Positions 53,401-64,000 of a DNA stretch of 64,000 bases are shown here, piece after piece. The DNA comes from Mizuhopecten yessoensis (lineage: Eukaryota). Numbering within the stretch: position 1 is the stretch's first letter; each line of letters opens with the position of its first letter. Under the pieces are notes generated by a model. That model was not told where the DNA came from, searched no databases, and saw nothing but the letters and a program-made list of their open reading frames with translations. Position numbers and translations under genes: made by a program. The stretch spans positions 363,434 through 427,433 of the forward strand of contig NW_018405641.1 of assembly GCF_002113885.1 (NCBI RefSeq), given 5' to 3'.

Positions 53401-56400
53401 AGACACTTCAATTGTCAAACATTTAGAAACATGTTGACAATTTTCTTAATCTGTCCCCTAAAGTCTGGCTGAATAATTGAACCGCCGGATTGGTGGTGGC
53501 TAGACTGTGGTACATGCAGCTTATTAGTGGCTAGACTGTTGAAAACACGGAATGTTGGTAGCTGAACTATTGAACACACAGCTTCACTGTGGCTGGACTA
53601 TGGAACACAAGGGGTATTTGCTGCTGGACTATGGAACACACAGCTTCACTGTAACTGGACTATATGTAACACACTGGACTATGGAACACGAGGTGTATTT
53701 GCTGCTGGACTATGAAACACGAGGTGTATTTGCTGCTGGACTATGGAACACGAGGTGTATTTGCTAATGGACTATGGAACACGAGGTGTATTTGCTGCTG
53801 GACTATGGAACACAAGGCTTCTTGGTGGCTGGACTATGGAACACGAGGTGTATTTGCTGCTGGACTATGAAACACGAGGTGTATTTGCTGCTGGACTATG
53901 GAACACAAGGCTCCTTGGTGGCTGGACTATGGAACACGAGGTGTATTTGCTGCTGGGCTATGAAACACGAGGTGTATTTGCTGCTGGACTATGGAACACG
54001 AGGTGTATTTGCTGCTGGACTATGGAACACAAGGCTCATTGGTGGCTGGACTGTGGAACACACAGCTTCACTGTAACTGGACTATATGTAACACACTGGA
54101 CTATGGAACACGAGGTGTATTTGCTGCTGGACTATGGAACTCGAGGTGTATTTGCTGCTGGACTATGGAGCACGAGGTGTATTTGCTGCTGGACTATGAA
54201 ACACGAGGTGTATTTGCTGCTGGACTTTAGAGCACGAGGCTCATTGGTGGCTGGACTGTGGGACACGAGGTGTATTTGCTGCTGGACTACGGAACACGAG
54301 GTGTATTTGCTGCTGGACCATGGAACACGAGGTGTATTTGCTGCTGAACTTTAGAACACGAGGCTCATTGGTGGCTGGACTGTGGGACACGAGGTGTATT
54401 TGCTGCTGGACTAAGGAACACGAGGTGTATTTGCTGCTGGACCATGGAACACGAGGTGTATTTGCTGCTGGACTATGGAACACGAGGTGTATTTGCTGCT
54501 GGACTTTAGAACACGAGGCTCATTGGTGGCTGGACTGTGGAACACGAGGTGTATTTGCTGCTGGACTATTGAACACGAGGTGTATTTGCTGCTGGACTAT
54601 GGAACACGAGGTGTATTTGCTGCTGTACTGTGGAACACACATCTTCACTGTAGCTGGACTATGTAGCACACTTGACTATGGGACACGAGGTATACTTGTG
54701 ATTGAACTGCCTATGGAACACACTGCTAATTGGTGGCTGGACAGTAGAACACACAACGTCTTGGTGGCTGGACTTTGGACAACACAGCTCATTGGTGGCT
54801 GAACTGAAAAACCAATGGCACATCTGTGGCATGACTATGGACCACGTGGCGTATTTGTGGTTGGACTATGGAACACATGGCTTAATGGTGGCTTGACTGT
54901 GGAACACATAACTTAATGTTGGCTTGACTGTGGAACAAACAGCTTAACCGTGGCAGAAATGTGGGACACGCGGCACATTTTTGGCTGGATTGTGGAACAT
55001 GAATAAACGGTGGCGGAACTGTCGAATACACGGCTTTATGGTGGCTAAAATGTGGAACATACGGCTGATTGGTGGCTAGACTGTGGAACAAACAGCTTAT
55101 TGATGGAAGAGCTGTTGACCACACGGCATATTTGTGGCTGGACTGTGGAACACATAGCTTATTGTTGGCTAAACTGTGGAACACACAGATCATTGGTGGT
55201 TTGGCTATAGAAAACGAGGCGTATTTGTGGCGCTTGACTATCGAACACAAGGCTTATTGGTTGCTGGACTGTGTTCTGCTAATTAATGGTGGCTTGACTG
55301 TGGATCACAGAGATTAATTGCTGTTGGACTGTGAAACACACGGCTTTTTGATGTCTTGAGTATTGAACATACGGCATATCTGTATGACTGTGAAGCACAC
55401 GGAATGGTGGATGTACTGTGGAACATACAGATCATTGATGGTTGGACTGTGGAACACACGGATTTTTGGTGACTTGACTGAGGGACACACCGATTATTTT
55501 AGGCAGTGTTGTGGGACAAACCGAATGATTTTGTCTGGGAAAATTTAAAAGGGGGTAATTTGGGCACTGGATAGTGAAACAAATCTGGCCGATTAATGGA
55601 ACAACCGGATTAGTTGAACAAACGGATTGTTGGTGACTAAACTGTTGGAAAGAACGGTTGATTGAAGAGTAGGGAAAAACGGATAAGTAGTAGCTTGATA
55701 GTTTGATATTTAGTGCGAAGTTACCGACGATATGTTGGAAATATGGTGACGAAATTGACACGGTATATAACATGGATCCGTTAGTCTTGGATGGGTTGAT
55801 TTTCCTCGGCATCTTTATTGGTCCATTCGTGCTGAAGGTCATTGTTAAGATAGGTCGGGTAGCACTCATACTGTCTTGTTAGGGCCTTCTGACTTCCTCT
55901 GGTTATCCCCTACCTTCCTGTTGTCACATCCGATGTTGACTTACAGGTGTTGTCTCTTTGTTTAACATTGATGAACTGGCAGAAAACGTTCCCTCCTTAG
56001 CTGTCGTCTGCGGCTGACTAGTGTAAAGCATATTGGAAATGAAATAGTACTTGCTGGGTTTCCCTTCAATAAGCTTCTTCACCTCAGCCCTGGCGGTCTT
56101 GACGATATTCCAGTCTTTCTTTGTCTGTGTTTTCCTTGCTTCAGATTTTTTCCCGTTGTTTCACATTGATCAGTCTTCGGTTTCTTTAGTGATCAATGGT
56201 ATATTCCATTTACTGATGATATTTTTAATCGTTACGTGTATTTTCTATCACTGGGCCGCGGTGGCCGAGTGATTGAGACGTCTGACCGTCTACGACCACT
56301 AGCCCTCCACTACTGGGTCGAAGGTTAGAGGCCTACGTGCGGAATACGCCAAGTACTGTCCGCAGGTCGCTGACTTTTCTCTGGTCCCACAGGCTTTCCT

Positions 56401-59399
56401 CCACCACCAAACCTGGCATTTCCTTAAATGACTAGAGCTATAGATAAGACTCAAAACACAAACGACCCAAATTCCCTTTTAGTGTAGACGAAAATACAAC
56501 CCGAATATTGTAAATACATGTACACTTCTGACCTTCAAATCTGTCACCAATTGATATTATAATCCAAGAGTGGTTTGTTTTATAAGTTTCTTCATTTGGA
56601 CATATTTTTGAATAAAGTAAGTTAGCATTTACTCAAATAATTCAAATATCAGAAAAGTGGAATATCAGTGTCTCAAATCAAATGTCGATAACGCCACGGT
56701 TGGATGGCTTTATCATCGGATATAAAAAATAAAAAATAAATTACAACAAAACTTTTCCAAATAATTGACTCATCCTATGTTTTCCATTCTGAGGAGCATT
56801 TTAACTTACCGTCGTCACAGATTGATGATGTTTTGATTTTAGTTGTTTCCTTCTCGCCTTCAGTTGGATCGTCATCCTCCGCCACGTCGGGATACCTTCT
56901 GGAATCTGTCGAGTTTACTCCGTCTTCTTCGAAGTCACCTTTCCAGGCTCCGTCATCAAAGCCCGGATGGGGAATACGCGGGGAATAATGCCGATCATCT
57001 CGTCGTCCGTCCCCTGGGACATCATAACGTTCAGGTCGCCGTCTGTCTCCCGGGGAGTGATAGCGATAATCTCGTTTTCCGTCCCCCGGGGGAAGATAAT
57101 AATCACCTCGTCCTCCGTCCCCCGGGAAATGATAGTTATCATCGTGGCCGCCACGTCTGACCTCCGGGGAACGGCAGCGTTCAAAATCACATCGTCCGTC
57201 ATCATCTTCCGGGGAATATGAACGATCTCTTTGGCTGTGCCGATGTGACCATTGGGTAGGTTCCGTATCAGGATATGGAGTACCCGGATACATGGTAGTT
57301 TCACGTGATGGTTGTACTGGATTTCGGGGGTCACTGGTACCCAGTAATTCCGTGAGCGTATCATGGAAACAGGGGAAGTATGGTTGAAAGTATACAGACT
57401 GACCGGAGATCGTATGTGTCCGGGAAAACACCTGACGTAACACTGAAACAAATAGAAACATTGCTGTGAAATACAGAATCGTTGTTTACACAACTGAGGT
57501 ATACGCCTAAGGTCTTCATGTATGGTTCATGTATACAATTGTGGCAGATTTTAATTGTACATAGGATAAAGGTCGCCTTCGAGCTTAGAGCTAGAGGGAA
57601 TTTCCCTTTAGCTCAGTGGTAGAGCGTCCGACTATTAACCTGGAGATCGAGGGTTCGATCCCCGGTGGAAGCACACTATTCTCTTGCCTGTTACAAATGG
57701 AGGATTGGTCGAGTGGTTAATACTCCGACCTTCTAAGCAGGCGGCCGGGGTTCGATCCCAAAGGTCGCGGTACGCATGGAATATTAGAGAAAGTGTTTTT
57801 CTTCTGCCCACACAACTCCAACAACCCGGGTGGGGTATAAAATGGTCTGGGTGGGTGTTACGGTATATGTGCTGTAGCATTCAAGTGAGGTGGCACTATA
57901 ATTGATACCATTGGAAGCACGGTTCAACTACAAAAAGAACACAATACATCTCCACAGCCATACACTCATAGGGAGATATAAGCCAGGTGGCGTAGGACTA
58001 GTAGTTAGCGCCTGATAAGGCAGCTCCTGCGAATTCCTCAATATTGTATTGATTAATATATATGCTAATTGTATTGACTGTATCAAATTGTATATCTATG
58101 TACTGTAAAGCGCATTAGGGTAGCTTATGTTAGCTAGATAGGGCGCTATGTCAAATGTTGTATATCATTATTTATTAAATGGTGTCCGTGGCCCTCCCTG
58201 TATTGACAGGGAGTTAGATCCTGGGTTGTGGTTTTCTAGGGCGAACATATTTAAAAAGGGGGGAGTAGTGTGGCAGATTTTAATTGTACATAGAATTAAG
58301 GTCGCCTTCTAGCTTCGAGCTAGAGGGGAATTTCCCTTTAGCTTAGTGGTAGAGCGTCCGACTAGGAACCTGGAATTCGAGGGTTCGCTCCCCAGTGGAA
58401 GCACATGTACACCATGCTCTTTTCTGAAGTAGTACATTTTTTTTCACCTTTTGATTACATTGTAACCTGAACCAAACATGTATGTATACATAAATAAGTG
58501 TGCTGAATGTGACTTCATTAATATCGAATGACAAATGTTCGGAAGACTTTATCATCAAATGCTTGTTTTGTGTTTAATACGTAGGTCTCCAGCCACTCTC
58601 AAAATAACCTTCTTTAGGAATTGCAAAGATATCACCAATTGAAACAAGGCAAGATTTATGAAAAGACAGACAGACAGCCATACCAGGACATTCAATTATA
58701 GGTATATTATATATATGTAATTTTTTTTTAGATTTGCATTAAATCTCCTAAGTGTGAACCTACAAGATAGTGTATCACAACAAGGATATGGTGGATCTAT
58801 GACGGTTATGTAGATAATTGTTTCGGTATAAAGCCCCTATAGTATTTTAAATAGCATTGTACGCAACCAACATGTTGCATTCAATTAGATCCTGAATAAT
58901 TTTTAGCTTGTCTTAATCAAATGGGTCTTCTGATACCTTTCTCCGTGTTCCTCACTCTCACTATCAGCAGAACGCCCTCTTGGTAGGGCGCTTCCTGATA
59001 CTCTTCCGGTCCGATCCCAGACTTCCGGTTCTTAATGTAGGCGTTCAGTTGTTTCGAGTCAAAATCGTACCTATTGATTACAACTAACCCAAGGGGGCGG
59101 GGTTCGATCTCAAATACGAACACGTCCGGTGCTCTTTCCATCAACTCCTCTTGGCATTGTTGGATATCTGAAACATTAGAATGGTACATGTTCTAAAGGT
59201 CTCCAAACAGTTAACTGCTGCTGCTGTAGTAGCATGACCTTTGTAACATTTTTGTCCCACCTTACATAGTATCATATGCAGAAATTTTATAATATATATA
59301 TGAAAATAAAACATAAATGTGAAACTCACCCTGGTTTTGTTTATACGAACCTAACTCGGAAAGGGCTCGGACAGCACACTGTGGTGGCTTTATGTGAAC
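42967..59399 (-). CDS. PARP14/PARP10-like multidomain ADP-ribosyltransferase (RRM-like, low-complexity region, macrodomain, KH-like, PARP catalytic), >=~1000 aa, 5' end not defined
   Basis: Phase-compatible exons 59330-59399 (tentative), 58937-59167, 56810-57442, 53099-53258, 52379-52598, 51226-51324, 50916-51041, 49011-49187, 46036-46093, 44645-44902, 43701-44420 and 42967-43235 total 3021 nt. PARP motifs VERIEN, NEHYLFHGT, MFGMGIYGA..STKADQY and FREFVVY...QCYPEYLITY. Confidence 0.88.
45155..45941. repeat. 65-bp tandem repeat, ~12 copies (intronic)
   Basis: Unit ATCAGTGGGACAGGGATCTTTAATGCTGTATTACCGTTATCGAGGTGTAGAACACTATAACAAAT. Confidence 0.95.
46036..52440 (-). other. Single macrodomain split over five exons
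   Basis: LTVKKGDVSLEK|ADVLVNVVGDSLELQTGLISKAYAKRGGDELTQ|...GGKLSCKHLITMV...|...TIVLPVMGCGKMLQYP...PLK|EVTIVAFDDKTYDEL. Confidence 0.85.
46521..48270. repeat. 33-bp satellite (TCACTGTATTGTAATGTCAAATTTCAGAAACAA), ~50 copies, decaying at the right end (intronic)
   Basis: Unit read directly; 11-aa periodic ORFs. Confidence 0.95.
52735..53010. repeat. AT-rich ~26-bp tandem repeat (AACTCATTTTATATACACAGATAACT)
   Basis: About 10 imperfect copies. Confidence 0.8.
53485..55650. repeat. 31-bp satellite (GGACTATGGAACACGAGGTGTATTTGCTGCT), homogeneous core 53680-54630 with diverged flanks
   Basis: Unit read directly; 31-aa periodic ORFs. Confidence 0.93.
55650..56150 (-). mobile_element. Degraded LINE ORF2 fragment (region upstream of RT)
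   Basis: KKDWNIVKTARAEVKKLIEGKPSKYY and RKINPSKTNG resemble the W..YK.ARN.V...I..AK..Y and L..L...KA.GPD motifs of CR1/L2-group ORF2; broken by stops and frameshifts. Confidence 0.4.
56253..56462 (+). mobile_element. tRNA-derived SINE with a V/Meta-type central domain
   Basis: GGGCCGCGGTGGCCGAGTG A-box head, degenerate B-box, TTTTCTCTGG...GCTTTCCTCCACCA core and an A/C-rich tail. Confidence 0.7.
57540..58405 (+). mobile_element. Miniature non-autonomous LTR retroelement (TRIM) with a tRNA-like Pol III promoter inside each LTR
   Basis: LTR1 57540-57695 (TGTGGCAG...TGTTACA); LTR2 58269-~58405 (3'-truncated); PBS-like AA-TGGTGTCCGTGG at 58180; PPT AAAAAGGGGGGAGTAG abutting LTR2; A-box TAGCTCAGTGG at 57609 and B-box GGTTCGATCC at 57652. 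Confidence 0.85.
57701..58176 (+). mobile_element. tRNA-derived SINE with an L2-like tail, inserted into the TRIM primer-binding site
   Basis: A-box TGGTCGAGTGG, B-box GGTTCGATCCC, 3' stem-loop TGTAAAGCGC...GCGCTAT plus a TATT-rich tail; TSD AAATGG at 57695-57700 and 58177-58182. Confidence 0.75.
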
Positions 59400-60046
59400 C
59401 TAAATCTAGAAGAAAAGCTTTCAAATCTTACTCTTGTTGAGTTTACCTGTAGTCTGGCATTTAGGAAGTACCTCCGGGTGATATGAAGGTAAGTCTAGAC
59501 GACTTGTTTATGTAGCCGGATTAAAATGACACAATGGTACTGTATGTACATGTATGTGTATAGTATATGGCTCGGTATCACACAAAGAACATTTATTATC
59601 CTAGTAGTAGGGAAAGATGAGAAATTTCGGGGAAACAAATCGTCATATTTCCTTACAACAAGGGCAACTAATGTCAGGTTACACTAAAATATAACCAAAA
59701 TAAAAAGAGTAAACATGTATTGTTGTCCAACACACATTGGGTGCTTAAGATCTTCAAAAGAAGTTCCGATTGAGGGCGAGATTCTCGACAAGGAAAAGCG
59801 ATCATTCTAATAGATAATCGAGTACATGGAGAGATACAATGTTTTATCCACTGGCTGTTGTGTATTTTGTAATCATGTAACACTTACACAGATGAGTTAT
59901 TTATAACAAGAGACCAAGGGCGGCCACGTAGTTCTCTGGGCATATGACTGAAGTGCTCGAAACTGCTGAATCCTGTTGTCAGGTCCCGGGAAAAAGAGAC
60001 CTTGCATCAATTCTGTTATACAATTAAACAATGACATACATTTTTC

Positions 60047-60318
60047 AAAACTAGACATGTGCCTGTAAGACACGGATGCCCTGCTCACTGTTTGACCATA
60101 AATGCAATGCCAAGGTCAAAGGTCAAGGTCACCAAAACGCCATGCAATCTGCAGCACTCAGGAGCGCGCATGAGCATTTTAAATTGCGTGGCCGTAGCTG
60201 CAGTACTTTGTTCATAAATGACCTAAACGCAAAAGACGGACGGACGGACGGACGGACTGATGGACAATGGTAACGATATACATGTATGTCCCGCACCACC
60301 TTGTGTTGGGGCATAAAC
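60047..60318 (+). mobile_element. Short Helentron/Helitron-like non-autonomous element
   Basis: AACTAGA start, GGTCAAAGGTCAAGGTCAC motif, (GACG)n microsatellite and a 3' hairpin ending GGGGCATAAA; same modules as 2220-3165. Confidence 0.6.
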
Positions 60319-61079
60319 AAACCCTTTGCCTAGCATTAACACATCGTAAACTTCAAAAAGGTACTCTAGCGCGATGACTGGTGACTATTTCAACATGCAA
60401 ACTTAAGGAACATGTGGAACTAACTTCACTGGCTCTAGTCTCTAGAATATGGAATTAATGGGAAAAAAACTCTAATAATTTAGATATTTCAATACAGGGC
60501 GTATGCCGAGACAATATTTGTATTAGGGCTGTATGTAATATGGATTTAATATTTTATTAGTTACAGACAAATATATGTCAAACGATTCAACCTGCCGTTG
60601 CATTTTGTTATCAAATACAGGAACTACTTGTACATCTTCAACTGATACTGTTTACATAATAACACACCCCNACATCATTTCTTTTAAACTCACACCTTCG
60701 TGTCTCTATCTGTACAACTACAGATATTAGTAGTGTACATGTACGTAGTTACCATGGGATTTTCCCCAGCAGCCCCACAAGCTGTTAATCAATCGCCCAT
60801 ACAATCGGCCTAAATCTTAACTCACTTTCCATCAATGATTATATCACAAATAACTTACTGCATGGACTACATCTAATATATGCATAAATCTTCTCCAATG
60901 CACTATCCATCTATCAATACGAATCAGTCGCAAACGCTCGATGATTATATCACAAACAACTTATTACGTGGACTTCATGTAAATACATATGTATGTGCAT
61001 GTTTTCCCATCGGATCATATTTATATGACTCACGTATATACACACATATGGGCGGCCGTTTTAGGATAAAATACATAAA

Positions 61080-61937
61080 CTACTTAAGTGTAACTTGAAA
61101 GATTTACACTCAAGTGAAAAAAACTGGACATAATGGCCAAAAAATCACATATTGGCAAACACTTTTTCACTTAAGTATAAAAAAACCCACATAATGCAAA
61201 AAATCCTTTTTTGTCATTATGTAGTAATCTTTTTACATTATGTACCTTTGCACTCAAGTACAAAAGATTTCCTCTTATCCCTCTTGTCACAATGGATGGT
61301 TCCGTTTACCGATGTATTGCGCATGCCCCTGATGTCAAAATGGCGGCGGAGGTTGAGGTGATTCCGGTAGACTTTGACTTTTTCGCGAATGTTACTGCGA
61401 TTATCATTGGAATTGTCATGTAGGACAATTTGCACAGGCTTTAAAAGGCGAACATGTTGCGTGGGTTAACGACGGAAATACGTTGGATGACAGCGTATTA
61501 ATTGGCAAACTACACGAGGGCCACGCTGACGGACACATAATGGAAATAAATCTTTTGCACCTTAGTGAACAAAGCACATAATGGAAAAAAATCTTTTGAA
61601 CTTAGGTGAAAAAAACACATAATGGAAATAAATATTTTGAACTTAAGTGAAAAAAACACATAATGGAAATAAATCTTTCACACTTAAGTGGAAAAAAACC
61701 CACCTAATGTAAATAATCTTTTTCACTTAAGGTTTGATTGGTCGATACGAACTTGTTAGAACACAGCTCATTTGTCGACCAATTATTTAGCTTCATGTTG
61801 GAACATTCGAAACTGACCTTGGTGGGTGATTTTCTTGTGGAAACCTCTCTGTGCTTTTTGCACTTAAGTGCAAATAATTTGTTTACACGTATGTTTAAAA
61901 AGTACATAATGGCCATTTGGGTTTTTTGCACGTAAAT
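61080..61937. mobile_element. MITE-like DNA-transposon remnant with ~40-bp internal repeats (CACATAATGG...CACTTAAGTG)
   Basis: Repeated CACATAATGGAAATAAATCTTTT(G)CACTTAAGTGAAAAAA units in both arms, some inverted; termini imprecise. Confidence 0.5.
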
Positions 61938-61959
61938 AGTTTATGTATTTTATCGCCTT

Positions 61960-63138
61960 TACCATTAGTGGAAAGACTGTGTAAACTATGTGATAGTCAG
62001 GAAATAGAAGATGAAAGACACTTCCTCATGAAATGTCCACAATATGATGATATTAGGTTTGAACTTTTTTCCGTGGCCACAGGAAAAAATCCAGACTTCG
62101 CAATGTTAGACGGGGAACAGAAATTCATCACCATAATGAACTGTAATAGTATCCAGACTCAGCTTTCTTCTTGTTTATTGAAACAATATAATTGTAATAG
62201 GCGCAAAGCACATATAGTGCAGTGATATTATCTATTTCATGCAGTACCGTGATTTCATCTAATTGAATAATATCTATAGTGCATCATTAGAAACTACTAT
62301 TTAACTTGATAATCATGTAATCTAAAAAAAATGTTTTCTTTCTATTATTATTAATATCAATTTCAAATGTTAATAGTCATGGGACACTTGAAGATGTTCT
62401 CATTATAGAATGTCTTGTACAGGTTATTGATATTCAGGAAAAAGGTGGTGAAAGACACTTCCTCGTGAAATGTCCACAATATGATGATATTAGATTAGAA
62501 CTTTTTTTCCATGGTCATGGGGAAAAATCCAGACTTCACATTGTTAGACGAGGAACAGAAATTCATCGCCATAATGTACTGTAATAGCATCCAGACTCAG
62601 CTTTCAACTTGTTTATTACAGTAGACGCAAAGCACATATAGTGCAGTGATATCATCTATTTCATACAGTACAGTGATATCAACTAGGTGAATAGTATCTA
62701 TAGTGCACCATTAGAAACTACTAATTAACTTGATAATCATGTAATCTAAAAGCATTTGTTTTCTTTCTATCATTATTAATATCAATTTTAAATTTCATTA
62801 GTAATGGGATACTTGGAGATGTTCTCATTATAGGATGTCTGGCACAGGTTATTGATATTTTATCATGAAACCACATGTCCATCATCCTGAAATACTAAAA
62901 GTTTTTCCTTGTTAATGTTTTATAGATGGAACACAAAGGTTATATCTTCTCATGAGTATTTTAGATGAATCTGTTTTACTTTTTCGATGAAATGGTATGT
63001 ATCATGTGTTTTAATAGTGTCTCGTAGGTCAGCATTTGGCCGGATATACTAATTCCTACTCAATGGTTTTTATATTGTATTTATTTTACTGTGAATTAAT
63101 ATGTGACACTTTAATAAAATTATTTTATTATTATTATT
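61960..63138 (+). mobile_element. LINE 3' end with CCHC knuckle and an internal ~430-bp tandem duplication
   Basis: ERLCKLCDSQEIEDERHFLMKCPQYDDIR; 62013-62434 is repeated at 62450-62860; ends in AATAAA plus (TTA)n. Confidence 0.8.
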
Positions 63139-63328
63139 AAAAAAAGGGGAGGGGGGGAGGGTAGTGTGGCATGTTTTAATTATACAAGCTTCGAGCTACA
63201 CATCCCTTTAGCTCAGTGGTAGACCTAGAGCGTCCGACAAGGAACCTGGAGACCGAGGTTTCGATAAGGAACCTGGAGATCGAGGTTTCGATCCTCGATG
63301 GGAGCACACTATTCACTTTCCTGTTACA
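63139..63328 (+). mobile_element. PPT plus 3' LTR of a second tRNA-containing TRIM copy
   Basis: AAAAAAGGGGAGGGGGGGAGGGTAG|TGTGGC...TAGCTCAGTGGTAGA...(duplicated B-box segment)...CTGTTACA, homologous to 57540-57695. Confidence 0.8.
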
Positions 63329-63669
63329 CATTTATTGAAATGTTTCAAAAATTAAGTTTATCATACTTATTACATGTAAATAACGTATTGATTATCCTCT
63401 TATATAGTAAGGAAGTAATGATCTTGTAATTATGGGGTCTGCATTAGTTCAGTAAGACGTAATCTACCTGTGGTACAGCTGTTTTCTTGAGATAAGACAG
63501 GACGCAGTACTTTGCGCGTTATAAATGTGATGGTACAAGATACCGTAAAGTGACTGTTTTATAAGTATTTTACATTTGTATGCAAAGAAGTATAACTATA
63601 ACTAAATAAAAGTAAGTATTGGAAACTGTCTTCTCCGACTCGACTAAAGCTAAATCACTTCTGAAAAAG

Positions 63670-63950
63670 AGACCCACACCTTGCGGGACTTTCATGCGAA
63701 ACAATGAAGATGAAATGATCAAAATACAGTCAACAACAACGAGTTGAGCCTAAACATTCAATGGGACTAGAACGGGATTCGAACCCTAAACTTTAGATTG
63801 ATATACTATCGCTTTAAGCTTTTTGATTGTTTTAAAGTGAAAAAAAACCTGACCAATCGCTTGACTGATGTACCTAGCCTTTCAAGATTACAGAGGAGCG
63901 ACACCTAACTCCAAAGTCAGTCAATTGTACCGTTACGGTGCTGAGCAATT
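63670..63950 (-). repeat. Degenerate tRNA-derived repeat fragment
   Basis: B-box GGGTTCGAATCCC on the - strand (~63773-63786); no intact cloverleaf. Confidence 0.3.
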
Positions 63951-64000
63951 ATTTTGATCTACATCAAAAGATCAATCTAATTTAACTGTATCATCCACCA

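Noticed and set aside
53552-55317. Trp/Cys-rich ORFs
   Set aside because: Translations of the 31-bp satellite.
57602-57673. tRNA gene calls (also ~57699-57765, ~58332-58403, ~63200-63305)
   Set aside because: Poor stems, anticodon loops that differ between copies, no oligo-T terminator; all embedded in LTR or SINE repeats.

Overview
AT-rich, intron-containing animal DNA, most likely a bivalve mollusc; this is inferred from the repeat types and gene families, not proven. Scattered single-N joins mark assembly seams. The + strand carries a tandem cluster of MIEAP/SPATA18 (mitochondria-eating protein)-domain genes. These are a decayed copy (1520-6327), a 5'-only copy (20432-21581) inside an apparently identical 7,153-bp N-flanked duplication that is probably an assembly artefact, an intact 8-exon copy of about 774 aa (27691-32616), and a divergent intact 7-exon paralog of about 398 aa (36925-42286). 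Converging on the last is a - strand PARP gene of about 1,000 aa or more (42967 to ~59399, 5' end uncertain). It has a PARP14/10-like layout (RRM-like, disordered region, one macrodomain, KH-like), but its catalytic domain keeps the H-Y-E triad and has a Cys/His-rich insertion. The remainder is repeats: satellites with 22, 26, 31, 33, 65 and ~120 bp units, nested LINE 3' ends, a 6.9-kb TIR element, a foldback MITE, Helentron-like elements and SINEs. There is also a miniature LTR retroelement whose LTRs contain a tRNA-like Pol III promoter. All exon models and identities were derived by eye from GT/AG sites and frame continuity; no alignment or database search was run.
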